This document shows, one piece after another, positions 23,447-38,810 of a DNA stretch of 64,000 nucleotides (positions are counted from its first letter, which is position 1; the number at the start of each line of letters is the position of its first letter). The translations under genes were made by a program, and so were the position numbers. This DNA is from Macrostomum lignano (lineage: Eukaryota): contig NIVC01001993.1 in NCBI GenBank assembly GCA_002269645.1, positions 62,001 through 126,000 of the forward strand. The letters run 5' to 3'. The notes below the pieces were generated by a model. It worked only from the letters and a program-made list of their open reading frames with translations. It had not been told where the DNA came from and did not search any database.

Positions 23447-25363
23447 TCAGTCGACCTCCTCAACGGTGGGTCCTCCAGCTCGCTGATGTCCAGGCTGAGG
23501 CTGACCAGACTGCTGCTGCTGCTGATGAAGCTTGGCCATGATTGGCGAGCAGCGGCTGCTGAGTTGCTGCTGCTGGTGGGCAATCTCGTCCTTCTCGGCA
23601 GTCTGGTTGTTCTCCAGCCAGGAAATCACTTGCTCGCAGGCGGCCACCACCTCGGCGGAGTCCTTCTCGCCCAGCTTGTCCTTGCAGTCGTTGGCAGCCT
23701 GCTTGTACTGGAAGGCGAGCGACTCGAGCTGGTTGCGGGCCGCCAGGCGCTCGCGGTGCCGCTCGTCCTCCTCGCGGAACTTCTCCGCATCCCGCACCAT
23801 CCTGTCGATCTCGTCCTTCGAGAGGCGGCCCTTGTCGTTCGTGATCGTGATCTTCTCCTCCTTGCTGGTGCTCTTGTCTTTCGCCGACACCACCAGGATT
23901 CCGTTGGCGTCAACGTCGAAGGTCACCTCGATCTGAGGGACTCCGCGCGGCGCTGGCGGGATCCCGTCCAGGTTGAACCGGCCCAGCAGGTGGTTGTCTC
24001 TGGTGAGCGCTCGCTCGCCCTCGAACACCTGCACCGTGACGCCGCTCTGGTTGTCCGAGTAGGTGGTGAACGTCTGCGTCGCCTTGGTCGGGATGCGGCT
24101 GTTCCGCTCGACAATCTTGGTCATCACCCCGCCGGCGGTCTCGATGCCGAGAGACAGCGGCGCCACATCCAGCAGCAGCAGGTCGTCGATCTTGTCGTCC
24201 TTCACGCCAGTCAGCACCGCAGCCTGCACGGCAGCTCCGTAGGCGACCGCCTCGTCCGGGTTGATCGACTTGTTCAGCGTCCGACCGCCCATGAATTCTT
24301 GCAGCAACTTCTGCACCCTCGGGATCCGGGTTGATCCGCCAACCAGCACGATCTCGTTGATGTTGCTCTTGTCCATCTTGGCGTCTCTCAGCGCTCGCTC
24401 CACCGGCTCCATCGTCTGGCGAAACAGGTCGGCGCACAGCTCCTCGAATCGAGCCCTGGTGACGCTCGTGTAAAAATCGATGCCCTCGAACAGCGAGTCA
24501 ATCTCGATGCTCGCCTGTGCCGAGCTGCTCAGCGTTCGCTTCGCTCGCTCAGCCGCAGTCCGAAGGCGTCTCACAGCCCGAGCGTTGCCGCTCATGTCCT
24601 TGCGGTACTTGCGCTTGAACTCTTGCATCAGGTGCTCAACCAGACGATGATCAAAGTCCTCGCCGCCGAGGTGGGTGTCGCCGGCGGTTGCGCGCACCTC
24701 GAACATGCTGCCCTCCGACACTGTCAGGATGGACACGTCGAACGTGCCGCCTCCCAGGTCAAAGATGAGAATGTTCTTCTCACCCTGCAGGTTCTTGTCC
24801 AGACCGTAGGCCAGTGCCGCAGCAGTCGGCTCGTTCACGATGCGCAGCACGTTCAGTCCGGCAATCGCCCCGGCATCCTTCGTTGCCTGTCGCTGACTGT
24901 CGTTGAAGTAGGCCGGCACTGTGATCACCGCGTCAGACACCTTCTCGCCGAGGTAGGCCTCCGCCGTCTCCTTCATCTTGGTGAGAACCATGGCGGAGAT
25001 CTCCTCCGGGTAGAAGCTGCGCCTCTCGCCCATGTACTGCACCTCAATCTTGGGTCGGCCTCCGTCGTTCGTCACCTTGAATGGCCACAGCTTCATGTCC
25101 CTCTGCACCGTCTCGTCTCCGAACTTTCGTCCGATCAGACGCTTCGCGTCAAACACTGTGTTGTCCGGATTCATCGCCACCTGGTTCTTTGCAGCGTCGC
25201 CTACCAGCCTCTCCGTGTCCGTGAAGGCCACGTAGCTGGGAGTGGTTCGGTTGCCCTGGTCATTGGCAATGATCTCCACTTTGCCTGCCTGGAACACGCC
25301 AACGCACGAGTACGTGGTGCCCAGGTCAATGCCGATTGCAGGACCGTTGTTGCTCTTACCCAT
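23447..25363 (-). CDS. hsp70: Heat shock protein 70, cytosolic, intronless, heat-inducible type, 638 aa
   Basis: [32 protein letters not shown] signatures; C-terminal GPTVEEVD; no introns. Confidence 0.99.
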   Translation of the reverse strand: MGKSNNGPAIGIDLGTTYSCVGVFQAGKVEIIANDQGNRTTPSYVAFTDTERLVGDAAKNQVAMNPDNTVFDAKRLIGRKFGDETVQRDMKLWPFKVTNDGGRPKIEVQYMGERRSFYPEEISAMVLTKMKETAEAYLGEKVSDAVITVPAYFNDSQRQATKDAGAIAGLNVLRIVNEPTAAALAYGLDKNLQGEKNILIFDLGGGTFDVSILTVSEGSMFEVRATAGDTHLGGEDFDHRLVEHLMQEFKRKYRKDMSGNARAVRRLRTAAERAKRTLSSSAQASIEIDSLFEGIDFYTSVTRARFEELCADLFRQTMEPVERALRDAKMDKSNINEIVLVGGSTRIPRVQKLLQEFMGGRTLNKSINPDEAVAYGAAVQAAVLTGVKDDKIDDLLLLDVAPLSLGIETAGGVMTKIVERNSRIPTKATQTFTTYSDNQSGVTVQVFEGERALTRDNHLLGRFNLDGIPPAPRGVPQIEVTFDVDANGILVVSAKDKSTSKEEKITITNDKGRLSKDEIDRMVRDAEKFREEDERHRERLAARNQLESLAFQYKQAANDCKDKLGEKDSAEVVAACEQVISWLENNQTAEKDEIAHQQQQLSSRCSPIMAKLHQQQQQSGQPQPGHQRAGGPTVEEVD

Positions 25364-25520
25364 GTTGTCGATCGATTAATTCGCACTTGCTTGATATACG
25401 AGTAGTAGCGTAGGCTGATGCGTCTGTTGCCTTGATGGCTTGCTTGGCTTTGCTGTTCGTTTCGTTCGCCTTGCGATCCGATTTCAATTCTTGCCTCCAA
25501 TTCTGGGCCGGGTGCTTCTC

Positions 25521-25616
25521 TTTTATAGACTCCGGCCCGTTTCTAGAAGTTTCCCGCACCATCCTCCGCGAATGCGCCGCGAGCTATTTTTAGCTCGTTC
25601 TGGAAATTTCTCGAAA
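25521..25616 (-). promoter_or_regulatory. hsp70 promoter of the left copy: two heat-shock elements and a TATA box
   Basis: Mirror image of 27069-27164. Confidence 0.9.
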
Positions 25617-26050
25617 AAAGAATTGCTTGACAAATTTTACCATTTGCGTCTATTTCGCCTACTTTAAGTAGAAAGTAACAAACGTGTAGTCTAATACAAA
25701 CATATTCTTACAAACATATTTACAATGTTAAAACCTAAAGGGATCAAGAAATTCTGTGGAAAATGGGATTAATGAATATTAGCGATAGTTTTGGTTGCGA
25801 AGAATTTATTTTGTTATTCAATATTTATTTGTTAAAACGATCAGGTCTTTCAGATTAACTGATTCTGGAAATCGGCGATATGTATAGAAATAGAACAAGC
25901 ATTGCAAGCACAAAACAAAAGTCAGAACAGTGCTATGTTTTAAAGTCGACTCAATCTTCTGAAGTGAAACAAAAGGAAAATACAAACAGCTTGTCAGTTG
26001 AATAATTTTTTAGTTAATGCTTATTAAGTGCACAAAACTAAATGGCAAAA

Positions 26051-26170
26051 AAGACAACAGCATTTGGTATTCCCAGGCGGTCACCCATCCAAGTACTAAC
26101 CAAACCCAACGTTGCTTAACTTCGGTGATCAGACGAGAACCGGTGTTTTCAACGTGGTATGGCCGTTGCC
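26051..26170 (-). rRNA. 5S rRNA: 5S rRNA, left copy
   Basis: Reverse complement of 26515-26634. Confidence 0.95.
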
Positions 26171-26514
26171 AATTACCGAGAGCACTCAACTTCAATTTAT
26201 ACTTCGCTACCGCCGCATTGTGTCAGCAGGCAATACGGTAACAAGTAATATGGCCCATTTTGTATCGACCAGGAGCCAATAGCCTCCTCGCCATAGCCTC
26301 CTGTCATTATCTGATTGTCGATTCAACGCAGAGAGAAATATCAATTAAAGATTGGTCAGTTGGTCAGGATTGGATATTCATCATCCCGATAAGGCGAGGA
26401 GGCTATTGGCTCCTGGTCGATACAAAATGGGCCATATTACTTGTTACCGTATTGCCTGCTGACACAATGCGGCGGTAGCGAAGTATAAATTGAAGTTGAG
26501 TGCTCTCGGTAATT

Positions 26515-26634
26515 GGCAACGGCCATACCACGTTGAAAACACCGGTTCTCGTCTGATCACCGAAGTTAAGCAACGTTGGGTTTGGTTAGTACTTGGATGG
26601 GTGACCGCCTGGGAATACCAAATGCTGTTGTCTT
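26515..26634 (+). rRNA. 5S rRNA: 5S rRNA, right copy
   Basis: GGCAACGGCCATACCACGTTGAAAACACCGGTTCTCGTCTGATCACCGAAGTTAAGC...TTAGTACTTGGATGGGTGACCGCCTGGGAATACCAAATGCTGTTGTCTT. Helix I (GGCAAC/GTTGTC), ACGTTG/CAACGT and TTTGGT/ACCAAA all pair. TATAAAT at about -30; T6 Pol III terminator at 26633-26638. Confidence 0.95.
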
Positions 26635-27068
26635 TTTTGCCATTTAGTTTTGTGCACTTAATAAGCATTAACTAAAAAATTATTCAACTGACAAGCTGTT
26701 TGTATTTTCCTTTTGTTTCACTTCAGAAGATTGAGTCGACTTTAAAACATAGCACTGTTCTGACTTTTGTTTTGTGCTTGCAATGCTTGTTCTATTTCTA
26801 TACATATCGCCGATTTCCAGAATCAGTTAATCTGAAAGACCTGATCGTTTTAACAAATAAATATTGAATAACAAAATAAATTCTTCGCAACCAAAACTAT
26901 CGCTAATATTCATTAATCCCATTTTCCACAGAATTTCTTGATCCCTTTAGGTTTTAACATTGTAAATATGTTTGTAAGAATATGTTTGTATTAGACTACA
27001 CGTTTGTTACTTTCTACTTAAAGTAGGCGAAATAGACGCAAATGGTAAAATTTGTCAAGCAATTCTTT

Positions 27069-27164
27069 TTTCGAGAAATTTCCAGAACGAGCTAAAAATA
27101 GCTCGCGGCGCATTCGCGGAGGATGGTGCGGGAAACTTCTAGAAACGGGCCGGAGTCTATAAAA
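27069..27164 (+). promoter_or_regulatory. hsp70 promoter of the right copy: HSE 27069-27088, HSE 27131-27145, TATAAAA 27158-27164
   Basis: tTTCgaGAAatTTCcaGAAc (4 nGAAn units) and gGAAacTTCtaGAAa (3 units) directly upstream of the TATA box. Confidence 0.9.
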
Positions 27165-27321
27165 GAGAAGCACCCGGCCCAGAATTGGAGGCAAGAATTG
27201 AAATCGGATCGCAAGGCGAACGAAACGAACAGCAAAGCCAAGCAAGCCATCAAGGCAACAGACGCATCAGCCTACGCTACTACTCGTATATCAAGCAAGT
27301 GCGAATTAATCGATCGACAAC

Positions 27322-29238
27322 ATGGGTAAGAGCAACAACGGTCCTGCAATCGGCATTGACCTGGGCACCACGTACTCGTGCGTTGGCGTGTTCCAGGCAG
27401 GCAAAGTGGAGATCATTGCCAATGACCAGGGCAACCGAACCACTCCCAGCTACGTGGCCTTCACGGACACGGAGAGGCTGGTAGGCGACGCTGCAAAGAA
27501 CCAGGTGGCGATGAATCCGGACAACACAGTGTTTGACGCGAAGCGTCTGATCGGACGAAAGTTCGGAGACGAGACGGTGCAGAGGGACATGAAGCTGTGG
27601 CCATTCAAGGTGACGAACGACGGAGGCCGACCCAAGATTGAGGTGCAGTACATGGGCGAGAGGCGCAGCTTCTACCCGGAGGAGATCTCCGCCATGGTTC
27701 TCACCAAGATGAAGGAGACGGCGGAGGCCTACCTCGGCGAGAAGGTGTCTGACGCGGTGATCACAGTGCCGGCCTACTTCAACGACAGTCAGCGACAGGC
27801 AACGAAGGATGCCGGGGCGATTGCCGGACTGAACGTGCTGCGCATCGTGAACGAGCCGACTGCTGCGGCACTGGCCTACGGTCTGGACAAGAACCTGCAG
27901 GGTGAGAAGAACATTCTCATCTTTGACCTGGGAGGCGGCACGTTCGACGTGTCCATCCTGACAGTGTCGGAGGGCAGCATGTTCGAGGTGCGCGCAACCG
28001 CCGGCGACACCCACCTCGGCGGCGAGGACTTTGATCATCGTCTGGTTGAGCACCTGATGCAAGAGTTCAAGCGCAAGTACCGCAAGGACATGAGCGGCAA
28101 CGCTCGGGCTGTGAGACGCCTTCGGACTGCGGCTGAGCGAGCGAAGCGAACGCTGAGCAGCTCGGCACAGGCGAGCATCGAGATTGACTCGCTGTTCGAG
28201 GGCATCGATTTTTACACGAGCGTCACCAGGGCTCGATTCGAGGAGCTGTGCGCCGACCTGTTTCGCCAGACGATGGAGCCGGTGGAGCGAGCGCTGAGAG
28301 ACGCCAAGATGGACAAGAGCAACATCAACGAGATCGTGCTGGTTGGCGGATCAACCCGGATCCCGAGGGTGCAGAAGTTGCTGCAAGAATTCATGGGCGG
28401 TCGGACGCTGAACAAGTCGATCAACCCGGACGAGGCGGTCGCCTACGGAGCTGCCGTGCAGGCTGCGGTGCTGACTGGCGTGAAGGACGACAAGATCGAC
28501 GACCTGCTGCTGCTGGATGTGGCGCCGCTGTCTCTCGGCATCGAGACCGCCGGCGGGGTGATGACCAAGATTGTCGAGCGGAACAGCCGCATCCCGACCA
28601 AGGCGACGCAGACGTTCACCACCTACTCGGACAACCAGAGCGGCGTCACGGTGCAGGTGTTCGAGGGCGAGCGAGCGCTCACCAGAGACAACCACCTGCT
28701 GGGCCGGTTCAACCTGGACGGGATCCCGCCAGCGCCGCGCGGAGTCCCTCAGATCGAGGTGACCTTCGACGTTGACGCCAACGGAATCCTGGTGGTGTCG
28801 GCGAAAGACAAGAGCACCAGCAAGGAGGAGAAGATCACGATCACGAACGACAAGGGCCGCCTCTCGAAGGACGAGATCGACAGGATGGTGCGGGATGCGG
28901 AGAAGTTCCGCGAGGAGGACGAGCGGCACCGCGAGCGCCTGGCGGCCCGCAACCAGCTCGAGTCGCTCGCCTTCCAGTACAAGCAGGCTGCCAACGACTG
29001 CAAGGACAAGCTGGGCGAGAAGGACTCCGCCGAGGTGGTGGCCGCCTGCGAGCAAGTGATTTCCTGGCTGGAGAACAACCAGACTGCCGAGAAGGACGAG
29101 ATTGCCCACCAGCAGCAGCAACTCAGCAGCCGCTGCTCGCCAATCATGGCCAAGCTTCATCAGCAGCAGCAGCAGTCTGGTCAGCCTCAGCCTGGACATC
29201 AGCGAGCTGGAGGACCCACCGTTGAGGAGGTCGACTGA
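27322..29238 (+). CDS. hsp70: Heat shock protein 70, cytosolic, intronless, heat-inducible type, 638 aa (protein identical to the left copy)
   Basis: Same signatures and EEVD terminus. Confidence 0.99.
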   Translation: MGKSNNGPAIGIDLGTTYSCVGVFQAGKVEIIANDQGNRTTPSYVAFTDTERLVGDAAKNQVAMNPDNTVFDAKRLIGRKFGDETVQRDMKLWPFKVTNDGGRPKIEVQYMGERRSFYPEEISAMVLTKMKETAEAYLGEKVSDAVITVPAYFNDSQRQATKDAGAIAGLNVLRIVNEPTAAALAYGLDKNLQGEKNILIFDLGGGTFDVSILTVSEGSMFEVRATAGDTHLGGEDFDHRLVEHLMQEFKRKYRKDMSGNARAVRRLRTAAERAKRTLSSSAQASIEIDSLFEGIDFYTSVTRARFEELCADLFRQTMEPVERALRDAKMDKSNINEIVLVGGSTRIPRVQKLLQEFMGGRTLNKSINPDEAVAYGAAVQAAVLTGVKDDKIDDLLLLDVAPLSLGIETAGGVMTKIVERNSRIPTKATQTFTTYSDNQSGVTVQVFEGERALTRDNHLLGRFNLDGIPPAPRGVPQIEVTFDVDANGILVVSAKDKSTSKEEKITITNDKGRLSKDEIDRMVRDAEKFREEDERHRERLAARNQLESLAFQYKQAANDCKDKLGEKDSAEVVAACEQVISWLENNQTAEKDEIAHQQQQLSSRCSPIMAKLHQQQQQSGQPQPGHQRAGGPTVEEVD

Positions 29239-30203
29239 GCATCATGTGCGCTTTTCTCTGTCAATGACTGTATAATCACTGACTGCTAGATGCATATACA
29301 GTATGTTAAAACATTTCGTATTTTGTATTTCATCTGTAAATATTATCTGCATTTGACTATCGAAATCTTCTCGTTTTGCACTGAAAATTTGCATGTTATA
29401 AATATAAATAATAAAAGGAATGTATAGTATTTTAAAAATTTAAGAAGCAATAGCTTCACCAGAAATAAACTGTTTCTTTCATCATTATTTTCTTCAATCG
29501 TAAAAATTAGACAATCAAAATGACGGATTTGTGAGATTGAACAGCAATTCATTGATCGGCAACAGGCGATTTCAATATAAATTTTGTTGCGCATGCTGAT
29601 GTATTTGAAACACTACAGTAAATTGAATTCGCCAAACTAGCTTATCTGTAGAATCAGCTACAGGTAAACAAAAGCCGCGGACACTGGAAGCACCGGAGGC
29701 ACCGGTCGATAAAACCAAAAATCACTTATGCAGCAGCCAGCTCACTAAACTAATCCTTAATTTATCCGAAAAACTCCAAACAGACGCTGATATTGATTTT
29801 ATGGGCTTTAAGTAGTATGTACGCATCAAGTCAACATTTATAGCGTTTCATTTTGGCAAAAAGGCAAATATTAACAGAGGCGCGTAGCCAGCTTTGCAAA
29901 CTGAATAAATTTGGCGGTAAAACTCTTCCATTGGAGCAGTCGGATGTTAAGAAGACAAAAAACTAGATGGCAGAGCCTATGCAGGGAGCTGAGCGATAGG
30001 ATGAATTGGTATGTATAAAAATTCAAACCTACGAAACTAAGCAGTCAGAGTATGAATGAAAGTGGCTAAAATATATGAGCAAGCCTTTTTACATGCGCTA
30101 CTGTTTATTATACTCGTAAATTAAGGCAAATAATAAGGACTTGCAAGATTAAATAGGAGCGACTGGTGACGAGGCAAAGAGAAAATCTTCAAGGAGATCC
30201 TCA

Positions 30204-33200
30204 AGGATTGCAGGGCCATTCTTAAAGGATTGCAGGGCCATTCTTAAAGGATTGCAGGGCCATTCTTAAAGGATTGCAGGGCCATTCTTAAAGGATTGCA
30301 GGGCCATTCTTAAAGGATTGCAGGGCCACTCTTAAAGGATTGCAGGGCCATTCTTAAAGGATTGCAAGGCTATTCTTAAATGATTGCAGGGCCATTCTTA
30401 AAGGATTGCAGGGCCATTCTTAAAGGACTGCAGTGCCATTCTTAAAGGATTGCAAGGCTATTCTTAAAGGATTGCAGGGCCATTCTTAAAGGATTGCAGG
30501 GCCATTCTTAAAGGACTGCAGGGCCATTCTTAAAGGATTGCAAGGCTATTCTTAAAGGATTGCAGGGCCATTCTTAAAGGATTGCAGGGCGATTCTTAAA
30601 GGACTGCAGGGCCATTCTTAAAGGATTGCAAGGCCATTCTTAAAGGATTGCAGGGCAATTCTTAAAGGATTGCAGGGCCACTCTTAAAGGATTGCAGGGC
30701 GATTCTTAAAGGATTGCAGGGCCATTCTTAAAAGGATTGCAGGGCCACTCTTAAAGGATTGCAGGGCCATTCTTAAAGGATTGCAGGGCCATTCTTAAAG
30801 GATTGCAGGGCAATTCTTAAAGGATTGCAGGGCCACTCTTAAAGGATTGCAGGGCGATTCTTAAAGGATTGCAGGGTCATTCTTAAAGGATTGCAGGGCC
30901 ATTCTTAAAGGATTGCAGACCATTCTTAAAAGGATTGCAGGGCCACTCTTAAAGGATTGCAGGGCCATTCTTAAAGGATTGCAGGGCCACTCTTAAAGGA
31001 TTGCAGGGCCATTCTTAAAGGATTGTAGGGCCATTCTTAAAGGATTGCAGGGCCATTCTTAAAGGATTGCAGACCATTCTTAAAGGATTGCAGGGCCATT
31101 CTTAAAGGATTGCAGGGCTATTCTTAAAGGATTGCAGGGCCATTCTTAAAGGATTGCAGGGCCACTCTTAAAGGATTGCAGGGCCATTCTTAAAAGGATT
31201 GCAGGGCCATTCTTAAAGGATTGCAGGGCGATTCTTAAAGGATTGCAGGGCCATTCTTAAAGGATTGCAGGGCCATTCTTAAAGGATTGCAGGGCGATTC
31301 TTAAAGGATTGCAGGGCCATTCTTAAAGGATTGCAGGGCCACTTTTAAAGGATTGCAGGGCGATTCTTAAAGGATTGCAGGGCCATTCTTAAAGGATTGT
31401 AGGGCCATTCTTAAAGGATTGCAGGGTCATTCTTAAAGGATTGCAGACCATTCTTAAAGGATTGCAGGGCCACTCTTAAAGGATTGCAGGGCCATTCTTA
31501 AAGGATTGCAGGGCGATTCTTAAAGGATTGCAGGGCCATTCTTAAAGGATTGCAGGGCCATTCTAAAAGGATTGCAGGGCGATTCTTAAAGGATTGCAGG
31601 GCCATTCTTAAAGGATTGCAGGGCCATTCTTAAAGGATTGCAGGGCCACTCTTAAAGGATTGCAGGGCCATTCTTAAAAGATTGCAGGGCCATTCTTAAA
31701 GGATTGCAGGGCCACTCTTAAAGGATTGCAGGGTGATTCTTAAAGGATTGCAGGGCCATTCTTAAAAGGATTGCAGGGCCACTCTTAAAGGATTGCAGGG
31801 CCATTCTTAAAGGATTGCAGGGCCATTCTTAAAGGATTGCAGGGCAATTCTTAAAGGATTGCAGGGCCACTCTTAAAGGATTGCAGGGCGATTCTTAAAG
31901 GATTGCAGGGTCATTCTTAAAGGATTGCAGGGCCATTCTTAAAGGATTGCAGACCATTCTTAAAAGGATTGCAGGGCCACTCTTAAAGGATTGCAGGGCC
32001 ATTCTTAAAGGATTGCAGGGCCACTCTTAAAGGATTGCAGGGCCATTCTTAAAGGATTGTAGGGCCATTCTTAAAGGATTGCAGGGCCATTCTTAAAGGA
32101 TTGCAGACCATTCTTAAAGGATTGCAGGGCCATTCTTAAAGGATTGCAGGGCTATTCTTAAAGGATTGCAGGGCCATTCTTAAAGGATTGCAGGGCCACT
32201 CTTAAAGGATTGCAGGGCCATTCTTAAAAGGATTGCAGGGCCATTCTTAAAGGATTGCAGGGCGATTCTTAAAGGATTGCAGGGCCATTCTTAAAGGATT
32301 GCAGGGCCATTCTTAAAGGATTGCAGGGCCATTCTTAAAGGATTGCAGGGCCATTCTTAAATGATTGCAGGGCGATTCTTAAAGGATTGCAGGGCCATTC
32401 TTAAAGGATTGCAGGGCCACTTTTAAAGGATTGCAGGGCGATTCTTAAAGGATTGCAGGGCCATTCTTAAAGGATTGTAGGGCCATTCTTAAAGGATTGC
32501 AGGGTCATTCTTAAAGGATTGCAGACCATTCTTAAAGGATTGCAGGGCCACTCTTAAAGGATTGCAGGGCCATTCTTAAAGGATTGCAGGGCGATTCTTA
32601 AAGGATTGCAGGGCCATTCTTAAAGGATTGCAGGGCCATTCTAAAAGGATTGCAGGGCGATTCTTAAAGGATTGCAGGGCCATTCTTAAAGGATTGCAGG
32701 GCCATTCTTAAAGGATTGCAGGGCCACTCTTAAAGGATTGCAGGGCCATTCTTAAAAGATTGCAGGGCCATTCTTAAAGGATTGCAGGGCCACTCTTAAA
32801 GGATTGCAGGGCCATTCTTAAAGGATTGCAGGGCGATTCTTAAAGGATTGCAGGGCCATTCTTAAAAGGATTGCAGGGCCACTCTTAAAGGATTGCAGGG
32901 CCATTCTTAAAGGATTGCAGGGCCACTCTTAAAGGATTGCAGGGCCATTCTTAAAGGATTGCAGGGCCACTCTTAAAGGATTGCAGGGCCATTTTTAAAG
33001 GATTGCAGGGCGATTCTTAAAGGATTGCAGGGCCATTCTTAAAGGATTGCAGACCATTCTTAAAGGATTGCAGGGCCACTCTTAAAGGATTGCAGGGCCA
33101 TTCTTAAAGGATTGCAGGGCCACTTTTAAAGGATTGCAGGGCGATTCTTAAAGGATTGCAGGGCCATTCTTAAAGGATTGCAGGGCCACTTTTAAAGGAT

Positions 33201-34128
33201 TGCAGGGCGATTCTTAAAGGATTGCAGGGCCATTCTTAAAGGATTGCAGGGTCATTCTTAAAGGATTGCAGACCATTCTTAAAGGATTGCAGGGCCATTC
33301 TTAAGGGATTGCAGGGCCATTCTTAAAGGATTGCAGACCATTCTTAAAGGATTGCAGGGCCACTCTTAAAGGATTGCAGGGCCATTCTTAAAGGATTGCA
33401 GGGCCACTTTTAAAGGATTGCAGGGCGATTCTTAAAGGATTGCAGGGCCATTCTTAAAGGATTGCAGGGCCACTTTTAAAGGATTGCAGGGCGATTCTTA
33501 AAGGATTGCAGGGCCATTCTTAAAGGATTGTAGGGCCATTCTTAAAGGATTGCAGGGTCATTCTTAAAGGATTGCAGACCATTCTTAAAGGATTGCAGGG
33601 CCATTCTTAAAGGATTGCAGGGCCATTCTTAAAGGATTGAAGGGCGATTCTTAAAGGATTGCAGGGCCATTCTTAAAGGATTGCAGGGCGATTCTTAAAG
33701 GATTGCAGGGCCATTCTTAAAGGATTGCAGGGCCATTCTTAAAGGATTGCAGGGCCACTCTTAAAGGATTGCAGGGCCATTCTTAAAGGATTGCAGGGCC
33801 ACTTTTAAAGGATTGCAGGGCGATTCTTAAAGGATTGCAGGGCCATTCTTAAAGGATTGCAGACCATTCTTAAAGGATTGCAGACCATTCTTAAAGGATT
33901 GCAGGGCCATTCTTAAAGGATTGCAGGGCCATTCTTAAAAGGATTGCAGGGCCATTCTTAAAGGATTGCAGGGCCAATTGCAGGACCAAGACCAAGACCA
34001 AGCCCACTCTTAAAAGGATTGCAGGGCCACTCTTAAAGGATTGCAGAGCCATTCTTTCTTAAAGGATTGCAGGGCGATTCTTAAAGGATTGCAGGGCCAT
34101 TCTTAAAGGATTGTAGGGCCACTCTTAA
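30204..34128 (-). repeat. 22-bp satellite, right array in inverted orientation, about 178 copies
   Basis: AAAGGATTGCAGGGCCATTCTT is the reverse complement of the left unit; private variants include GCAGACC (2-nt deletion), GTAGGG and GGCGATT. Confidence 0.97.
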
Positions 34129-34799
34129 GGATAGCTGGGCGGTTCTTAGAGGAGCCGTAGGGCCAAGAAACTCGAACTGTTTAATATTAGATTGCATCCA
34201 GTATTTGAGTAGCTAAAAGTACGATAAAAAGCGGTGTAACGAATCAATACGATTGTAGTGATAGAACTCCTTGGTCTGAAACTATTACAATGGGCATTAA
34301 CGCAAGCTGGGGGTGAATTAGAATCAAATAGTTGATCAGCAGGGGAAGGGGGCCGTTGCCCAGCGAAAATCAATAGCCTGAACAGCCGTGAGAACTGGCG
34401 CACACAAGTGCCTCGACTCCGCATGCAGCAACTTCTCAGCTAGCATAGTCTAGCCATTCCCCTCAACTGTGCCGGCTGGGTTCTGCTCAAAAAAGCATTG
34501 AGTTGGTTGGGACGGTTGGCCGGGAGCTCAAAAAGAGTCGGGAAACGTTTAAACAATTCTCGTTAGAGTCGATTGTACAACAGGGCTAATCTTGGCGCGA
34601 GTTAGGGAGACACGCTATACTCAAGCTACTGAGCACGGGGACGCGAATTGGGGATTGGGCGCTGACTCAGAACAAAAAGTCGGCTCTGAACTGCAAGTTT
34701 GCAAGGACTGAATTAGTTCCCGCAATACTATTGAGCTGAACTCGCTCAGGGCCAAAGTCTGTCCTGTCACCTCAACCGAAAACAAGCAAGCGGCTGCAG

Positions 34800-37653
<2,854 letters not shown>

Positions 37654-37794
37654 CTAATTTATCTCTGCTCAATATAGTGTCTACGTTACCATGGAAACAG
37701 ACCTGCTGAGCTAGACTTGTATAGAAATTGTTTTATCGATCATGCCGTGAAGTTAAGGGGGGAGCTGACAGAACCATGGCATGAACGGATGATG

Positions 37795-38185
37795 ATGAAG
37801 GAGAAATGAGGCTGAGAGATCCCTTGGATCCCTGGGGGAAGATGAAGGGGAAGTGAGGCTGAGAGACCCCTGGGATCCCTGGGGGAAGATGAAGGGGAAG
37901 TGAGGCTGAGAGACCCCTGGGATCCCTGGGTGAAAATGAAGGGGAAGTGAGGCTGAGAGACCCCTGGGATCCCTGAGGGAAGATGAAGGGGAAGTGAGGC
38001 TGAGAGACCCCTGGGATCCCTGGGTGAAGATGAAGGGGAAGTGAGGTCAAGAGACATCTGGGATCCCTGGGTGAAGATTAAGTGGAAATGAGGTCGAGAG
38101 ACCCCTGGGATCCCTGGTTCAAGATGAAGGGGAAGTGAGGCTGAGACCCCTGGGATCCCTGGTTCAAGATGAAGGGGAAATGAGG
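37795..38185. repeat. 47-bp minisatellite, about 8 copies
   Basis: GATGAAGGGGAAGTGAGGCTGAGAGACCCCTGGGATCCCTGGGGGAA, period 47 (37841 to 37888). Confidence 0.9.
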
Positions 38186-38529
38186 CAACTATCTATTTAC
38201 ATGTATGATTGTGTCACAGGGACCTGTAGATCCCTATTGGCCCATCGGTATGAGCTTTGCGTCTTATCGATGCTTTGCTATTTTCTCTAAAGGGCAACAT
38301 TCTTGTTATAAATGCTACTTTTAGTAGCTTCATGAACTTGAACATGAAGTCTAGCTTAGTAGACTTAGTAGACTCGTAAAAGCTATAAGTACAGTTTTAT
38401 AGCTTTTACGAGCGTAGCTGGGATCCCGCCGTTTAAAATATAGGTGTTGGAATTAGGCTGAAGCCACATTCCCTACTCAACTCAAACTCAAAAGTATCCT
38501 GCTCTTCCCTTATCTAAAACCATCCGAAT

Positions 38530-38810
38530 CCGCCCCTTCCTTACTCACAACTATCGCCATCCGCCCCTTCCTTACTCACAACTATCGCAATCCGCCCCTT
38601 CCTTACTCACAACTATCGCAATCCGCCCCTTCCTTACTCACAACTATCGCAATCCGCCCCTTCCTTACTCACAACTATCGCAATCCGCCCCTTCCTTACT
38701 CACAACTATCGCAATCCGCCCCTTCCTTATTCACAACTATCGCAATCCGCCCCTTCCTTACTCACAACTATCGCAATCCGCCCCTTCCTTACTCACAACT
38801 ATCGCAATCG
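38530..38810. repeat. 31-bp minisatellite, about 9 copies
   Basis: CCGCCCCTTCCTTACTCACAACTATCGCAAT. Confidence 0.95.

Larger units (their letters stand above)
22492..30193. repeat. 7.7-kb near-perfect palindrome: 3.8-kb arms 22492-26292 and 26393-30193, 100-bp spacer
   Basis: Mirror coordinates sum to 52685 (23447+29238, 25363+27322, 26170+26515), and the ORF track is exactly mirrored. Pairing stops at 26292/26393. Confidence 0.97.

Noticed and set aside
26010-26675. 61-74 aa ORFs near the palindrome centre
   Set aside because: Translations of the 5S rRNA genes.
23486-29199. Overlapping alternative-frame and antisense ORFs across both hsp70 genes (282, 260, 175 aa etc.)
   Set aside because: Long antisense ORFs are a known by-product of GC3-biased hsp70 codon usage.
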